This document shows, one piece after another, positions 38,601 to 52,264 of a stretch of DNA of 64,000 bases; within the stretch, counting starts at the first letter, position 1; every line of letters starts with the position of its first letter. The notes below the pieces were generated by a model, which saw nothing but the letters and a program-made list of their open reading frames with translations, was not told where the DNA came from and searched no databases. A program made the translations under genes and the position numbers. Source of the DNA: Octopus vulgaris (Eukaryota); assembly GCA_951406725.2 (NCBI GenBank), contig OX597826.1, forward strand, positions 38,440,001 to 38,504,000, read 5' to 3'.

Positions 38601-38910
38601 CTTTCATAGCAGTATTATTTTCTTCTGTTGCTTTAAGAAGTTTCAAATTTAAAGCATTGTTCTCTTTAACCAATTTAGCATTATCATTTTTATAGGAGTC
38701 AACAATTGTTGGATCCTCTGCATCACTTTTTCTGGAGTGTTCTACTTTGATCTTACGAAGATCTTCAATTGTTTTCAACAGGTCCACAAACAACCGTTCA
38801 ACCAATGGCAAAGATTCAATTCCAAGAGAATCCTTATAACCAAGCTGTTCCAACCGCCGCCGCAGATTCTTCAACTTCTCAGATGTATTCATTGTTTCTT
38901 TTGATGACAT
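38601..38910 (-). CDS. CEP135: CEP135 (centrosomal protein 135 / Bld10) first coding exon
   Basis: ATG at 38910; MSSKETMNTSEKLKNLRRRLEQLGYKDSLGIESLPLVERLFVDLLKTIEDLR matches CEP135 'KYINIRKRLDQLGYRQTLTVECLPLVEKLFSDLVHTTESLR'; donor AAAG|gtttgt at 38600; acceptor ttccag| at 38942. Confidence 0.95.
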
Positions 38911-40169
38911 TTTTAAATGACACTTAAATATCAATGTCAATCTGGAAGTTAAAAACATAATTATAAAATAAATGTTAATTTATTGCTAATTAAAAGTGAG
39001 AAAAACAAATAATAATGATTTCTTTTGTCTTGTCCCATGATTAATTTTTCTAGGAAGGTTAACAGAATCAACTGAATTATCCCAGAGTATTAAATAAGAA
39101 GCTAAAATGGATCCAGATATTAATTCAAAAAAATCTTTAGAGACTTCCTATAATTTGTGATTTAATGTTTGGTGCTACGTAAAAAGCCCCTGTGCTGGTG
39201 CCAAGTAAAAAACACCTAACACTCTCTGTAAAGCAGTTGGCATTAGGAAGGGCATCCAGCCATAGAAACCAAGATAACTGGAGCCTGCTGCAGCTCTCCA
39301 GTTAAATTGTCCAACCTATGACAGCATGGAAAATGGACATATGATGAGGTGATACCTGAACAGTAATGACACAGAAAATAATAGATCAGACATTGTTTTA
39401 TTTATTAATTGATGTCGTGCTTTTGTGAAAAATTGATGTTGTCAGTAACAGGTATCCAGTGGCCCAATCACTGGGTCACTGCATTAAACAGAAGTTTCCA
39501 GTGGACCAATCATTAATTTACTGCATGAAATGCAAATTACCAAGATCAACAGCTCAGACATACAGCTGTAAGATGTCTAACTGGCTGATTGTTACTGTAT
39601 ATGATCAGAGTTCATTTTGTAACAACATTATCTTTATTATAACTGACATTATCTTTATTATAACTGTACACTCATGGAGTGGTTGGCGTTGGGAAGGGCA
39701 TCCAGCTGTAGAAACACTGCCAGATCAGACTGGGCCTGGTGCAGCCTTCTGGCTTCCCAGACACCAGTTGTACCGTCCAACCCATGCTAGCATGGAAAGC
39801 GGACATTAAACGATGATGATGATGATGATGATGATGATACTGTCAATAAATTTAGAGTAGAACCATGTGGAGCTTCTTCTACAGACTGATTTGGGGAGGG
39901 CATTTTTTTATAGAAAAGTTGGCAGCAACAAGAATCTGGAGAAAGAACTTCACAGATGATGGATCTTTCAATGAGTTGTTTACTTCAAAGTTGTGACATC
40001 TGATGTCGTAAAACAGTTCCTTCATTCCATAAACCACCAATAATGTATTTATGTGCTGCCTTCCACAAACACACCAGAGTTCCCCAATTCACCAACAAGG
40101 AAATAATCAATAAAAGATATCTACTCTTTATTAAATTCATGGATAACAACAATAAGGTAGATGACTTAC

Positions 40170-40289
40170 CAACTTCTTGAGATTCTAACTTCAAATCATT
40201 TATCTGCCATCACCAATAATTGTTGGTGATGAAGAATGTAATTATCATGATTGCAGTCTGTGCATAGAATTGAACCAGTTGATGTTTAC
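40170..40289 (-). other. Candidate CEP135 5' UTR exon
   Basis: tttgacag|GTAAAC...GAAGTTG|gtaagt; 120 nt with stops in all three frames; supported by splice signals only. Confidence 0.35.
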
Positions 40290-41099
40290 CTGTCAAACAC
40301 AAGAATATCAAAATGTAAAAAAATTAAACTGGTCTGTTATGGTGTATAACAGAATTATGGTGATACAGAATCTAGTGATTGATGACTTAATTAGCAAATA
40401 ATTATAATCTTTAATCTTCAAATGATTTTTGAAATTTGATATCACAAAACATTTTATATCTCAGTTATAAAAGGAAAAATGAATATTATTTAGTAGTTCA
40501 GAAATAAAATTACTTATTTATACATACTGCTATCTTTAATAATAATGATCATCATTGTTTGAACATGTATTTCTCATATTGAGAGGAATCAGATGAACCT
40601 ATCACACAGATATTAGCTTCACCTTTCATCTTCTCAAGGGTTTGATAAAGTACCTGTGAAATACTGGGATCTATTTCATTCACAAACTCCACCCATCAAA
40701 AAGATTGCTCACTTTGTGCCTTTAGCAGAAAGAGTTACAATTCATTTCTTCTCCAGGTACAAGGCCCAAAATTTTTTGGGAAGGAGCCAGTCAATTAGAT
40801 CAACCCAGTATGCAACTGGTACTTAATTTATCGACCCTGAAAGGATGAAAAGCAAAGTCAACCTCTGCAGAATTTGAACTCAGAACATAAAGATAGACAA
40901 AATACCACTAAACATTTCACCCAGAGTGCTAACATTTCTGCCAGCTCACCGCCTTGAGAAAGAGTCATAATTGTTATTATGTTTTTGTCTTTGATTTAAT
41001 TTATACACCCAAGTCTCAACCAGAGACATCAAGGGGACAACAGATTTTTGCACCTAAAGATGTAAATTTATTATTATTATTATTGTTATTATTATTACT

Positions 41100-41254
41100 A
41101 TTCAGTAGTCTTATTTCGGTCACTACAGTACCAAGCACACCCATATGCCTTGGTTATGTGCAGCAGTTTGTTTTGGTGTTGTTATTTTTACTATATTGAA
41201 AGTGCTTTATGCATGATGGGTGTGGTGCCTAGTGGTGCTATTTTCTCTATGTTA
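41100..41254 (-). mobile_element. Short RLE-type LINE 3' end
   Basis: Minus strand YNIEKIAPLGTTPIMHKALSI*, homologous to the QKSALLGTA.IL terminus of the 27-kb fragments; ends in (TAA)n at ~41068-41100. Confidence 0.55.
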
Positions 41255-41256
41255 TA

Positions 41257-41371
41257 TGAGGAGTGTATAAAAAGTTTTGAGCCTTGAAGACTTGTACCTT
41301 CATCAGAAGTCTTGTACCATGTTTTTTTTTTTGTTTTCTTTTGAGACTCGAGACTTTTCATACACCCCTCA
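41257..41371. mobile_element. Tc1/mariner-type MITE (115 bp)
   Basis: TA|TGAGGAGTGTATAAAAAGTTTTGAGCCT ... AGACTCGAGACTTTTCATACACCCCTCA|TA; ~28-bp imperfect TIRs with TA duplication. Confidence 0.75.
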
Positions 41372-43460
41372 TATATTATTAGTAATATTATTATTATTGG
41401 TCTTAAGATGACAAGCTGGCAGAATCGTTAGCACACCAGGCAGAATGCTTAGTGGTGTTCTGTCCATCTCTATGTCTTCAGTTCAAATTCTGCTATGGTA
41501 AACTTTGCTTTTCATCTTTTTGGGGTTGATAAAATAAGTACCAGTTGTGCATTGAGAGCAATGTAATTGACTCATCCCCTCCCACAAATTTCAGGCTTTA
41601 TGCCTATACAAGAAAGGATTATTATTATCATTAAAAATTTGGTAAAACTCTGCACTTGTCTCGTATCTAAAATGCAAAACCATATTTAACTCCTTTTGAT
41701 TCCATCTCACTAATTCTACAATTCAAACCCTCTTGTTTTAGAGTGTTTAAATTTAAATCTAAACATTCCACCATAATTTTTAATATGACATTTTTCTAAT
41801 GTTCCAAACATAACTTTATAATGAAGAAAGTTAGTTTAGAAAATTGCTTAAATTCTTGATTATTTTACAAAACTAATTAAAACACACAGGCATTATTTCA
41901 TTAAGAATGTGGTCACAAAGGTTTAAATATGTTCAAACTTCATAAATAATAATCATAGATGATACATGAGAATGTGGTTTAGTGACAGCCGAAATAAATT
42001 AATGGAATTTCTCAATTCAATTTTTTTTTTTTTTGTTAATTAGATATCGTAATTTAAATATATCAAATAGAAGTACAAAACAATAACTGTTTAAAATATG
42101 AACTCAAAACTGGAGATGATCAAGCCAACACTGGAGATGATCAAACCAAAGTTTTGGCACTGTCATTTTGTGTATAAAAGACAATACAGCTGATTACTTC
42201 AAGATATATATATATCTTAGAAACCGTGCCAAAGCAGGTATTAGAGCAATGATGAAGATGTCCAGCTTACCAGATCCTATCAAACAATCCATCCAACACC
42301 AGCATGGAAGACATATCAAATGATGGTGATGGTGATAACGATGATGATGGAGAGGAGGAGGAGGACTGTTCCTTGTCTAATGAGGTTCAGAATTTTAAAT
42401 TTAAACTATTTTGTTATTTCTGTATCAGTGTACAAACAAAAACAGGATTTATCTTCAAAGAGTTAATATGACACCAACAGACTTTAAAAAGAGGATGAAG
42501 CAGACTCTGAAGAATGGTGCATAAGTTTGTTGCAAGTCAGGTCTACAAATGGGTTTCTGTTCCTAGCTGGAGCAATTATGATTCTATAGTCTTATAGATC
42601 AATCAAACAGCAACTATGATGATGATGATGATATAGACAATATTTCCAGGTGTTAGGATATTAATCTTTCTTCATTGTATACAAGACATATCCGGAACTC
42701 GTTTATTCTTCGCAGGCAAATGTCGTAGCTGTTGCCAATCTCAGCTCTGAGATATGGTACACAGGTAATTGGCAAACAAATAGGTATGACCGGTAGATGC
42801 CCTCTTCAAGATATAACCAGGTCTCACCCACCTCGTAGCTAAGGAACGAATGAATACACAAATGGTGGTCTTATTGTTATGAACAGAATTCATGTTTGTT
42901 GATTCTTTAAAAAAATACTTTAACCGATGTTCTGAAACAATTTAAGTGCAATTATGAACAAACTTATTCAAATTAATATATAAAGGCCTGAAGCAACATA
43001 AAACTTAATTTTTGAAAATAGGTACGAGCATTTCTATAAAAAAAAAAGCAACCGTTTTTAACACTGAAGCGCCCTTTTTTTTTACCATTTAATGTCCTTG
43101 CGTTTTCTATTCACATTTTTATATATTTTGTAATATATCGTAACAGATATACGATCAATAATAATAATAATAATAATGATGATGATTTCTATTATTAATA
43201 ATAATTGAAATATAATCGCTCTAACAGAAGGTAAACGATTTCAATAACCAGCATCTCTATTCCTCTCCTTCTCTCTTCGTATGTATATATGTATCACACA
43301 CACACACACATCACTGAGAAATCTGAAGCCAAAAAATGACACAGAACGAAATTTTCAAAACAATTTTTAAAAGTAAAAATCTTTTTATATATAAATATAT
43401 ATATATATATATTAAAACATCAATTCAAGATAAACTATTTGCTACATAAAATAAAAATGA

Positions 43461-43700
43461 ACTCACTAATTGCTTTACATTTGTTATATTCGGTAAATAA
43501 GACATAGAAACACACTTTATCTCGCCAAAATACATGAACGGACAAGTTGTGAAGTTTTGTTTTGAAACTGGCGGAAAGAAATCTTTACGGTGGGAAAGTA
43601 TAATTGATTTCGGTGTAACATCAATTAGGTATCTTATAGTAAAAAGTTCCGCTTTTTGTTTTTTTTCGTGCATAAATAATATTTCAAAAATGAAATCAAT
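43461..43700 (-). promoter_or_regulatory. Putative CEP135 promoter and first non-coding exon
   Basis: CpG-retaining unique sequence; minus-strand donor ATTA|GTGAGT at 43466-43461; E2F-like TTTTGGCGAG (43530-43521) and TTTCCGCC next to CHR-like TTTGAA (43561-43577). Confidence 0.45.
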
Positions 43701-43893
43701 TATTTTGCTATTTGGAAGAAGATAAATCTGACTTTAGATATGTGCTTTCTGATAAAGGGCTCTGGTTGAAACGTTTATACATTTTTATCTGTATCACAAC
43801 ACCTCCTTACCCATCTTCTAGTCCGTCTATCTATTCATCCCTCTATCTCTTGGTGTTTCTCTATATCTCTCTCTTTCTCCCTCAGTCTACTTG

Positions 43894-43931
<38 letters not shown>

Positions 43932-45154
43932 GCTCTGACTGGCAGGCTATCTGTTTACTTGTCTGTCTTTGTCTGTCTGTCTCACTATTGATTTCTGTTC
44001 CCCTATCAGTTTCAATTTCAAAATTTCACCACAGAAAGTTGCCACATTTATACAGAACAAAACAACAGAGTGAATGAGTTTGTATTTTTACTTCGACTTG
44101 TTAAAAATAACTGCCAAACCATTCTCAAATCATAAGCTACTGTCATAAATAGGGAAAAGACACACTGGACAATGTAGTCCTAGATTTACATATCAATACC
44201 CCTAAAAATACAGTCACAGAATTCTTTAATCATAAATTTTCTCAGTGAGGTTTGACCCAATGCTAAACAGTAACAGTAATAACCTTTCTTGCTTTCTATG
44301 TCTCCCAACCTATTGGAATTCCCTCTTCCCACTCCCCACTTAATCTCTGGTTCAACTCAGCTGACAAATTGATACATCAATTCATATATCTGAGTGATAA
44401 TAGTAGTTGTTGTTAAAAATGATGAGATTTATTTTTCTCTCCTTTTGATAATTCCTTACCTTTCTACTTCAAGCCATGCTCCATTTTCTTCTTGTGTTTC
44501 ATTTTGTTTTCTTTCGGTTATTCTTTTTCTTTTTATTTTCATGTTGGTTTCTGTTTCTTCTTGGATTTCATGCATTCCTCCTCTCAGTCGCAGAGTTCTA
44601 TCTTTTCTCTTTCCACTCTTAATTATGTTATTTCTTTCTCTTTCACTCTTTCATCCAACCTTCTCTATATTTCACTGTCTGCAAACCTGATTGTTAACGT
44701 TCTTACTGCTGACTACTGATTAGTTCTCTCTCCTCTTCACACTGTCATCTTTTACCTATCTGTTTGTCTCCCTAATCCACCTTGCATTATAATACTTTCT
44801 TTCTCTCTAATGCATCTCTCTCAGCACAGTCATTGCTTTCTCTTTCTCCCTCCCTAAGGCATGATAGAAAGGTGGAATCAATCAAAAAGAGGGACACATG
44901 GCTTGGCCTTTTATAACATTGTCATTTTATTTCCAAAGTTTTTCTCAACAATCACACTTCTTTGAACCCTCATCCATTGTTTCCATCGGATTGCCAATTC
45001 TTTCAAACATTAAGTTCTTCAATCATTAAATGCCTGCTAGAATACCAATGTAACTTGCTTATGAAGAATTAGACACAGAATACATGCCAAAGTGGAATGA
45101 GCTCTGCATCACAAGTTACTTGTCTTGCAAGGCAATAATTCCAGACAAGAACTA

Positions 45155-45618
45155 ATACAGAATTAAGAAACTAATCCTGACTGAATCAGCTTCGCTGACT
45201 GACAGGTGACGGTCGTTTAGAAAAAGCGCGGGCTAAAACTACGCACCTTCACTAGTCAGTTAAGGTGAGACAGTGTCACGTGACAACTTGCTGGGGCTGC
45301 TTGCTGGAGCCTATGCGGCAGGTATTTAAAGGGAGAAATTTGACAAGACAGTCAGTCACCAGCTGACACTCACTGACGATACATCGAAGAGGCCAGGGAA
45401 CAGAAGAAAGAAGACATGCACCCAACACCAGAGCTGAAGACACCTCCGAAGCAGGGGGCCCCGCCACATCAAAACGGTAGAGGAGTAGGGGCCAAAACCA
45501 GACGTGGTTCCTCCTGATGATGTCTTGAGCTAACTGGATCCTATAAAGGAGCTGTTATGGTAGCAGACCACGAAACATGGTTGTAATTCCTTCCATACAG
45601 AATTAAGAGACTAATCCT
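45155..45618. mobile_element. 416-bp GC-richer insertion flanked by 24-bp direct repeats
   Basis: ATACAGAATTAAGA(A/G)ACTAATCCT at 45155-45178 and 45595-45618 (one mismatch). Confidence 0.6.
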
Positions 45619-48544
45619 TTTCCAAAAGGACATCTCTAATGTTGGTAGAACACATCCCATACATGCCATGAAATGAATAATGGTAGGAAAGACATCCAGC
45701 TACAGAAACATGCTACAAGACAAGTTACAGGTAACCCATCTATGAGAGCAGTAAACCTGAGATATAAATGGGAGGGGAGTCTTTAATCCTCATTACATGG
45801 AACAATGCTTTTAATGCCAGTGGTAGCCAGTCTATGTATTGAGATATAGACATCTCTAATTTTGGGCAGTATACCTCTCTTATGGCTTTATGTAAGATAA
45901 TGTGGGCTATGATGAACTGGCCTGTCCATATCAGCATGAATTAAAATAGCAAACAGACATAAAATGATAGTAGTGGTGGTGGTGGTGGTGGTGGTCATTG
46001 TCGTCGTCGTCATGGTCATGACAGTCAATCTTCCCTTTGAACCAAAGAAATTATGTTTCCATTGGTTTTTCAAATTGCTGATACATTCTGCCATTTGGAA
46101 CACCTGACAAAATGATGATCATAATTGAATCCATACCCATGAAGCCTTCTCATAAAATTATGGCCCACGTGGGCCTTTTTTTGAAAGCTTAGCATGAGGA
46201 ATGAACTGACACAGCTTCATTGTTATTTTATAATTCATGATTTACTCACCAATTCGTTTTCACGTTTACCAAAGAAGGAAACCCCATAAAGTAGATTCCC
46301 AACCATTAGCAGACATTGCCAAACAGCACCAGCTCCACTTTGCAGCATAGAGTTTGTATTATTGTACATGTCTGGCAAACAACATGGAAAACATCAAAGT
46401 GAAAAGAAAGAAATGGGAAGAGAGAGAAAGGAAGATCGCACAAAACTTTGGAGATGGTCTGTAAGAACTGAATCTTAGGGGAGAAGAAGATGTGGTCACT
46501 GCTAATAGAAGCTGATGGAAAAGACACCTTGACCAATGTGCTATCAAGAACAGGGGTGGTCTATCTTTAAATTAGTTATTATGCCCTCTGTTGGTCCCAT
46601 TGGTCAAAAGTGGTTGATTGCCTCAGAGAAATATGGCAAAGTGGAACAAAACTACTTTCAGACTCCAAGATAGAAAATGTTCTCAAAATTCAAGGATGTC
46701 AAACATTTTTTTAAGGAGGTGCCCAGAAGACAGAAATTGATGTACCAACTGGACCCATACCTCACAAGTCCCGGTTATTGGTATGAAGAGAGAGTAAATT
46801 TTCAATGAAAACATTATATTACTTTATTTGGATTTAATCTTGATGAAAATTCTCTTTCTTCTCTGATGCTAATTCCAGACTGTTGCCATGCTTGGAATTT
46901 GTTTACATTCCATACAAATAAAAACTTAAACTCATTCTGTAACTTTGAATTATTTTCTATATTTGTAATGGTTTAATGAGTTGAGGAGAGGCAAAATTTA
47001 TGGCACTCTACTTAGGGTTTAGTGTCAAAATGATAGACAGCATCTGTGGCCTTTTATTCAGGGTTTAGTGACAAGAGGAGAGACATATCTATGTTTCTTT
47101 ATTTTCACGTGTACTCCAAGACTGCTGGACAAAAACCCCAACTGCATTTACAGGAAATTACCCTCAGAATACAGAAATGATCCAAATGCTTGCAACAGGG
47201 TGGACTCTGTTCAAAGTACACAAGAGCCTGGTGGTGGTATTGAGCTGGGTAATGGCTTAAGTCCACAGCATCAACACTTAATCTCTACATTAAGTAGTGA
47301 ACAATACATTTGCATTATGATTCATTATGGCATTGTAACCCCAACCAATGGAGGCAAATGGCCCAGTGGTCAGGGTGTTTGGCTCACAATCATAAGGTTG
47401 TAAGGTCAATTTCCAGTGGCACATTTTGTCCTTGAGCAAAACACTTTCTTTCATGTTGCTCCAGTCCATTCACCTGGTTGGCAAAAATGAGTTGTACCTG
47501 TAATTCAGAAGGGTCAGCCATGTCACACTGTCTGTCACATTGAATCTCCCTGATATTGCACATTAGTTTCACGAGTAGGCTTTTCCGCTGATCAAATCGA
47601 CTGGAACACTGATCAGTGTAACCAACACAGAGCCAGTTAACCCTAACCATAGGTGTGTGGCCAAGTGGTTAAGATGCTGTACTCACAATTATAAGGTCTC
47701 AGATTCAGTCCATGGACCAGGTGGCATACTGTATCCTTAAGCAAGGGACTTCATTTTATATTGCTCCACTCTACTCAGCTAAAATTGAGTTCCAGCCCAA
47801 TGCCGATGTAGCTTTCTCTCCTTCCAGCTGTTATATTCTTTATATTCTGCTGGGCAAAGGGTTGGAGTCTCAAGAAGAGGACTATGTCTGCTCATAACTC
47901 TGTAAAATTGACAAGAAAAGCCATGGTACAAATCACCGAGTCACACTCACTCCTGAGTGTTGACTAAGCTGCTTGTTTTTAATCAAAGCCACAACTGTTT
48001 TACATTGGGATAAAAAGTTAGGAGTAGATCTAATTAAGCAAATGTTTTAGGTGGGTGTTTAGTAAAACACAACTCTATACAAATGTCTCACTTTACAATC
48101 TCAGATGACCTTTTGTGGCAACCACGGGTTGGGCTTCATAGTATGCCAAGGGTCAAGTTTCCTATGCAGGTTTTAAAAAATACTTCTCTTACTATAAACA
48201 GATGCTACAACAATGATACAAGATACAAGTCAGCTGCCCTACATTACAAAGCTGATTATACATCTAGGCCATAGCTGCTACCAAATACAAAAACTTCTAG
48301 ACACCAAATCCACAAAAGTCTAAAAGACACACCTTCACTCTTTTAAACATTATGAACCAACGAGAGGTCACCTGGTATGCTAGAAATAGCGACTAAACCA
48401 TCCTCAGATCACTTTTTATAAACGGACTCATAAGATCAGTTGTTCTCAGTTTTTTAGAAGATTCCCCTTTCTGCAAAGAGCATTTTACAAATCCTCCCTT
48501 GGCATCTTCCACCACCACCACCACCACCAGAAAAGAAAAGAAAC

Positions 48545-48955
48545 AGGCGTCGGAGTGGCTGTGTGGTAAGTAGCTTGCTAACCAGCCACATGGTTCCGGG
48601 TTCAGTCCCACTGCGTGGCATCTTGGGCAAGTGTCTTCTGCTATAGCCCTGGGCGGACCAATGCCTCGTGAGTGGATTTGGTAGATGAAAACTGAAAGAA
48701 GCCTGTCGTATATATGTATATATATATATATGTGTGTGTGTGTCTGTGTTTGTCCCCCTAGCATCGCTTGACAACCGATGCTGGTGTGTTTACGTCCCCG
48801 TCAATTAGCGGTTCGGCAAAAGAGACCGATAGAATAAGTACTGGGCTTACAAAGAATAAATCCCGGGGTCGATTTGCTCGACTAAAGGCGGTGCTCCAGC
48901 ATGGCCGCAGTCAAATGACTGAAACAAGTAAAAGAGTAAAGAGAGAGTAAAGAGA
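48545..48955 (+). mobile_element. SINE family A, young full-length copy
   Basis: Intact tRNA-like head, CpGs retained, (GTAAAAGA)n-like tail. Confidence 0.9.
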
Positions 48956-49761
48956 AGCTAAATGTGCACAATGGTTTACTTATCCACATTTTTAATATTA
49001 TTCCATCGACTATGTAATGTCTTTTACATGTTTACAAGGACTATTCTGTGATGTAGTGTAGGGGTTGGCTTCCATGTGTTGAAGCCACTCCTTTCATACC
49101 TTCAGCATATGTTTGCCAACTCTAAACAGGATCACCCTGAAGAGTCTGCACATCACCACCACCACCACTCTATGCCACTGGGATTAGTATCCCTTGTGGT
49201 AAATTTTTATGACAATTACTAACGGTGAAGACTTAGATAATAGAATTATATTGGGCTTTGGTACGTCATTAGTTCATGTTTCTGCTCAGAAAGATGAAAT
49301 ATTGCACCTGGTTGAAGTATTTTATTTCTAAGAAAAACTACCAACCCCTCTAAACTCTCAGTACCCCTCGCTCTCTCCCCAGTACTCCCCACTGAACCTG
49401 AAATGCCCTGAAGGGAGTCCTGCTGCACAGGTTAGGAGCTACTGCATTAAATAATGTAATCCTGGGTTTGCTGCAAATAGGAAAAAGAGACACAGCTGGA
49501 ATGTCTTTCATCATAGACCTGTTCAATAAAAGCCTGACTTGGGGGATAAACAAGATCAATAACAAGTCTCCAGTCTTTAAAATGACAGAACACATCAAAG
49601 AATATAGTCCTAGATGACATAATGTCTAGAAAATAGATATGTCGCCTGGCAGAGGAAAAAGATGTAGTCCTTAGACTTGTTGGATTCTTTTGAACTGTCA
49701 TGTCCATGCTAGTGTGGATGGCAGATGTTACGTGATTTCACTGCATCACTGTATTGACTCG

Positions 49762-50175
49762 ACTCTTTACTCCTTTACTTGTTTCAATCATTTGACTGCA
49801 GCCATGCTGGAGCACTGCCTTTAGTCGAGCAAATTGACCCCGGGATTTATTCTTTGTAAGCCCAGTACTTATTCTATCCGTCTCTTTTGCCGAACCGCTA
49901 AGTATCGGGGACGTAAACACACCAGCATCGGTTGTCAAGCAATGCTAGGGGGACAAACACAGACACACAAACATATACACACACATACATATATATATAT
50001 ACATATATACGACAGGCTTCTTTCAGTTTCCGTCTACCAAATCCACTCACAAGGCATTGGTCGGCCCGGGGCTATAGCAGAAGACACTTGCCCAAGATGC
50101 CACGCAGTGGGACTGAACCAAGAACCATGTGGCTGGTTAGCAAGCTACTTACCACACAGCCACTCCTGCGCCTAT
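49762..50175 (-). mobile_element. SINE family A, young full-length copy (inverted partner of 48545-48955)
   Basis: Near reverse complement of the 48545 copy, with shared diagnostic variants. Confidence 0.9.
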
Positions 50176-50287
50176 TGAATGTTGTTACACATCGCTTGTC
50201 ACAATGCACATTCTCGCATTGTTGTAGCTTCTGAATGATGCCGTCTGCTGGCTAGGCAAGCCAATACATGATGTATGTATGTTTGTA

Positions 50288-50499
50288 CAAGGGGGGTGCT
50301 GAAAAGTTCCTGGCTTTGTGTAAAACAAAATACAGGAGGATCAGTTAATTAGGATTTTTTTTGACATACTCTCTTCTCAGATTCACACACTTATTGCAGA
50401 GGACCTTCAGTTTTTCTAAGCTCTGAACTCAGAAGTTTGGGCCTTCAACCAGGCTTTTCACGACACCCTTAAAGCCAGCAACTTTTCAACACCCCGTTG
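50288..50499. mobile_element. Mariner-type MITE (212 bp)
   Basis: TA|CAAGGGGGGTGCTGAAAAGTTCCTGGCTTT ... AAAGCCAGCAACTTTTCAACACCCCGTTG|TA; ~30-bp TIRs. Confidence 0.82.
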
Positions 50500-51999
50500 T
50501 ATGTTTGTAACCGAAAGAAACCTGTTGTATATTATTAGTATATATGTTCCTACAACTGGCTTCTTCCTGTGACTGCCTCCCAAATCTACTCCCAAGACTT
50601 TGTTGGTACAAAGCTATTGGCACAAAGCACTTACCTAAGATGCTGTGGAGTGGGACTGAACTCAAAATCACGTAACTGAAAAGTGAATTCCTGTAATATT
50701 TCCTAAGCCTTACACTTAATTCTTGATATGCTTCCACCCTCACCACCACATCCTCCTCCTCCCCTTTATGGCTCAGTTATTTAAATTTAAATACCATTTC
50801 CTCTGAAATCCGTTATGTGTGCACACATATATTCATACATACACTCACAAGCACACGCACATATACACTTTCATACACACACAAGCACACGCACATATAC
50901 ACTTTCATACACACACATACAAGCAAACATGTACACACATACGTATTTATACACACACACATACATGTATATATATGCACATGCACATCCGCAAAATTAT
51001 TCCCACGTTCCCTTTCCCCATTCTACAAACTGTTCCTTACTTAATTGACTTTTAATGTTTGCTTTAAGCTGTGACGGTGGCGGCGGAGATTATTGCGATG
51101 ATAGGGACAGGGCCTGTGATAGTATTGGTTGTCGTGATAATGGTGGGAGCGGTGATGATGACGATGGTGGTGGCAAGAGATGGTGATTGTGATAGGGGAT
51201 GGTAACAATAATGATGATGATTGCCTGTCTTATCCAAACAGCATAACCGTTCAAATTCAAAACTTGCCAGCAACAAAACAGTAAATTCTAATAAAAGCAC
51301 AAAGCCACAAATTCAAAAATGTGCGTGTATGAGGAATAGAAGGAGTAAATTATGTCGATCCCAGTATTGTCTGATACTTTGTTATTTTGTCCCACAGAAG
51401 TACAAAAATCAAAGTATTTGAACCCAGAACGTAAAAGACCATAGCTTATAATTCATCAATCAAGACATTTTGTTCGACGCTCTAACGATTCTTTCAAGTA
51501 ATTTACAATTAATATAGACCTAGTTTCCCTAACAGACCCCAGTTATAAAATTATAAATTTTGTAATATCTACTGGAATCTTCTACCAGTAATTATAGCGA
51601 AAAAGATCCTTGTCAAATAGTATTCGGAATCGTTAAAACCCATTTAAAACAATTAAAAAAAAAAGACTAATTAGTTTGAGATAATATTATTCGCAACGGA
51701 AAATTGATTAAATTTTAAACGATAAAAGAAAAGTAATGAAAAAGCTTTCAAAAATTATTCAATGAAAATATCAAAATTATATGAAAGTTTTCTAAAAAGA
51801 ATTTGATTGTTAACACTAGATCTACCGTAATTCAGAAAACCTATGATTAAAGACGTTCTAGTTATGACCATCCCATCTTATATATTTAAGATTACATTTT
51901 TCAAAAAACGGTTGGGTGAAATGTGAACGAATTTGGTTGCTATTTCTACCAGATCAAAGAACCGCTTGTGGGAGGGTTCCTCTGTTGATTGGAGAGAAA

Positions 52000-52264
52000 C
52001 CTGCTAGTTTAATTCACAGCAACAAAATCGGGAAAGTTTGTATGAGTGTGTATGTGAAGATATATGTGTGTGCGCGTGTGAGAGTGTTATAGCTGTCTGC
52101 TGTCACCCGGGTACATTACGACACAGTTGGGACGACAACAACAACAACAACGGCTCTAAAAAAACGGCGCCATTTTTAAAGTTCAGTAGTGAGTCATCTG
52201 TTGAACTAGAAACATTTTCTATGTCTGGATAGACGGAGGACTTCGATGTTCCTCTCATGTAAGT
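52000..52264 (+). promoter_or_regulatory. Putative promoter and first exon of the plus-strand INF2-like gene
   Basis: CpG-retaining unique region; YY1-type CGCCATTTT at 52168-52176; consensus donor AT|GTAAGT at 52259 followed by AT-rich intron-like sequence. Linkage to the 63779 exon is inferred. Confidence 0.5.

Noticed and set aside
42716-42764. Plus-strand 49-nt segment bounded by cgcag| and |gtaatt
   Set aside because: No partner exons or promoter identified on the plus strand; splice-like words alone are insufficient.
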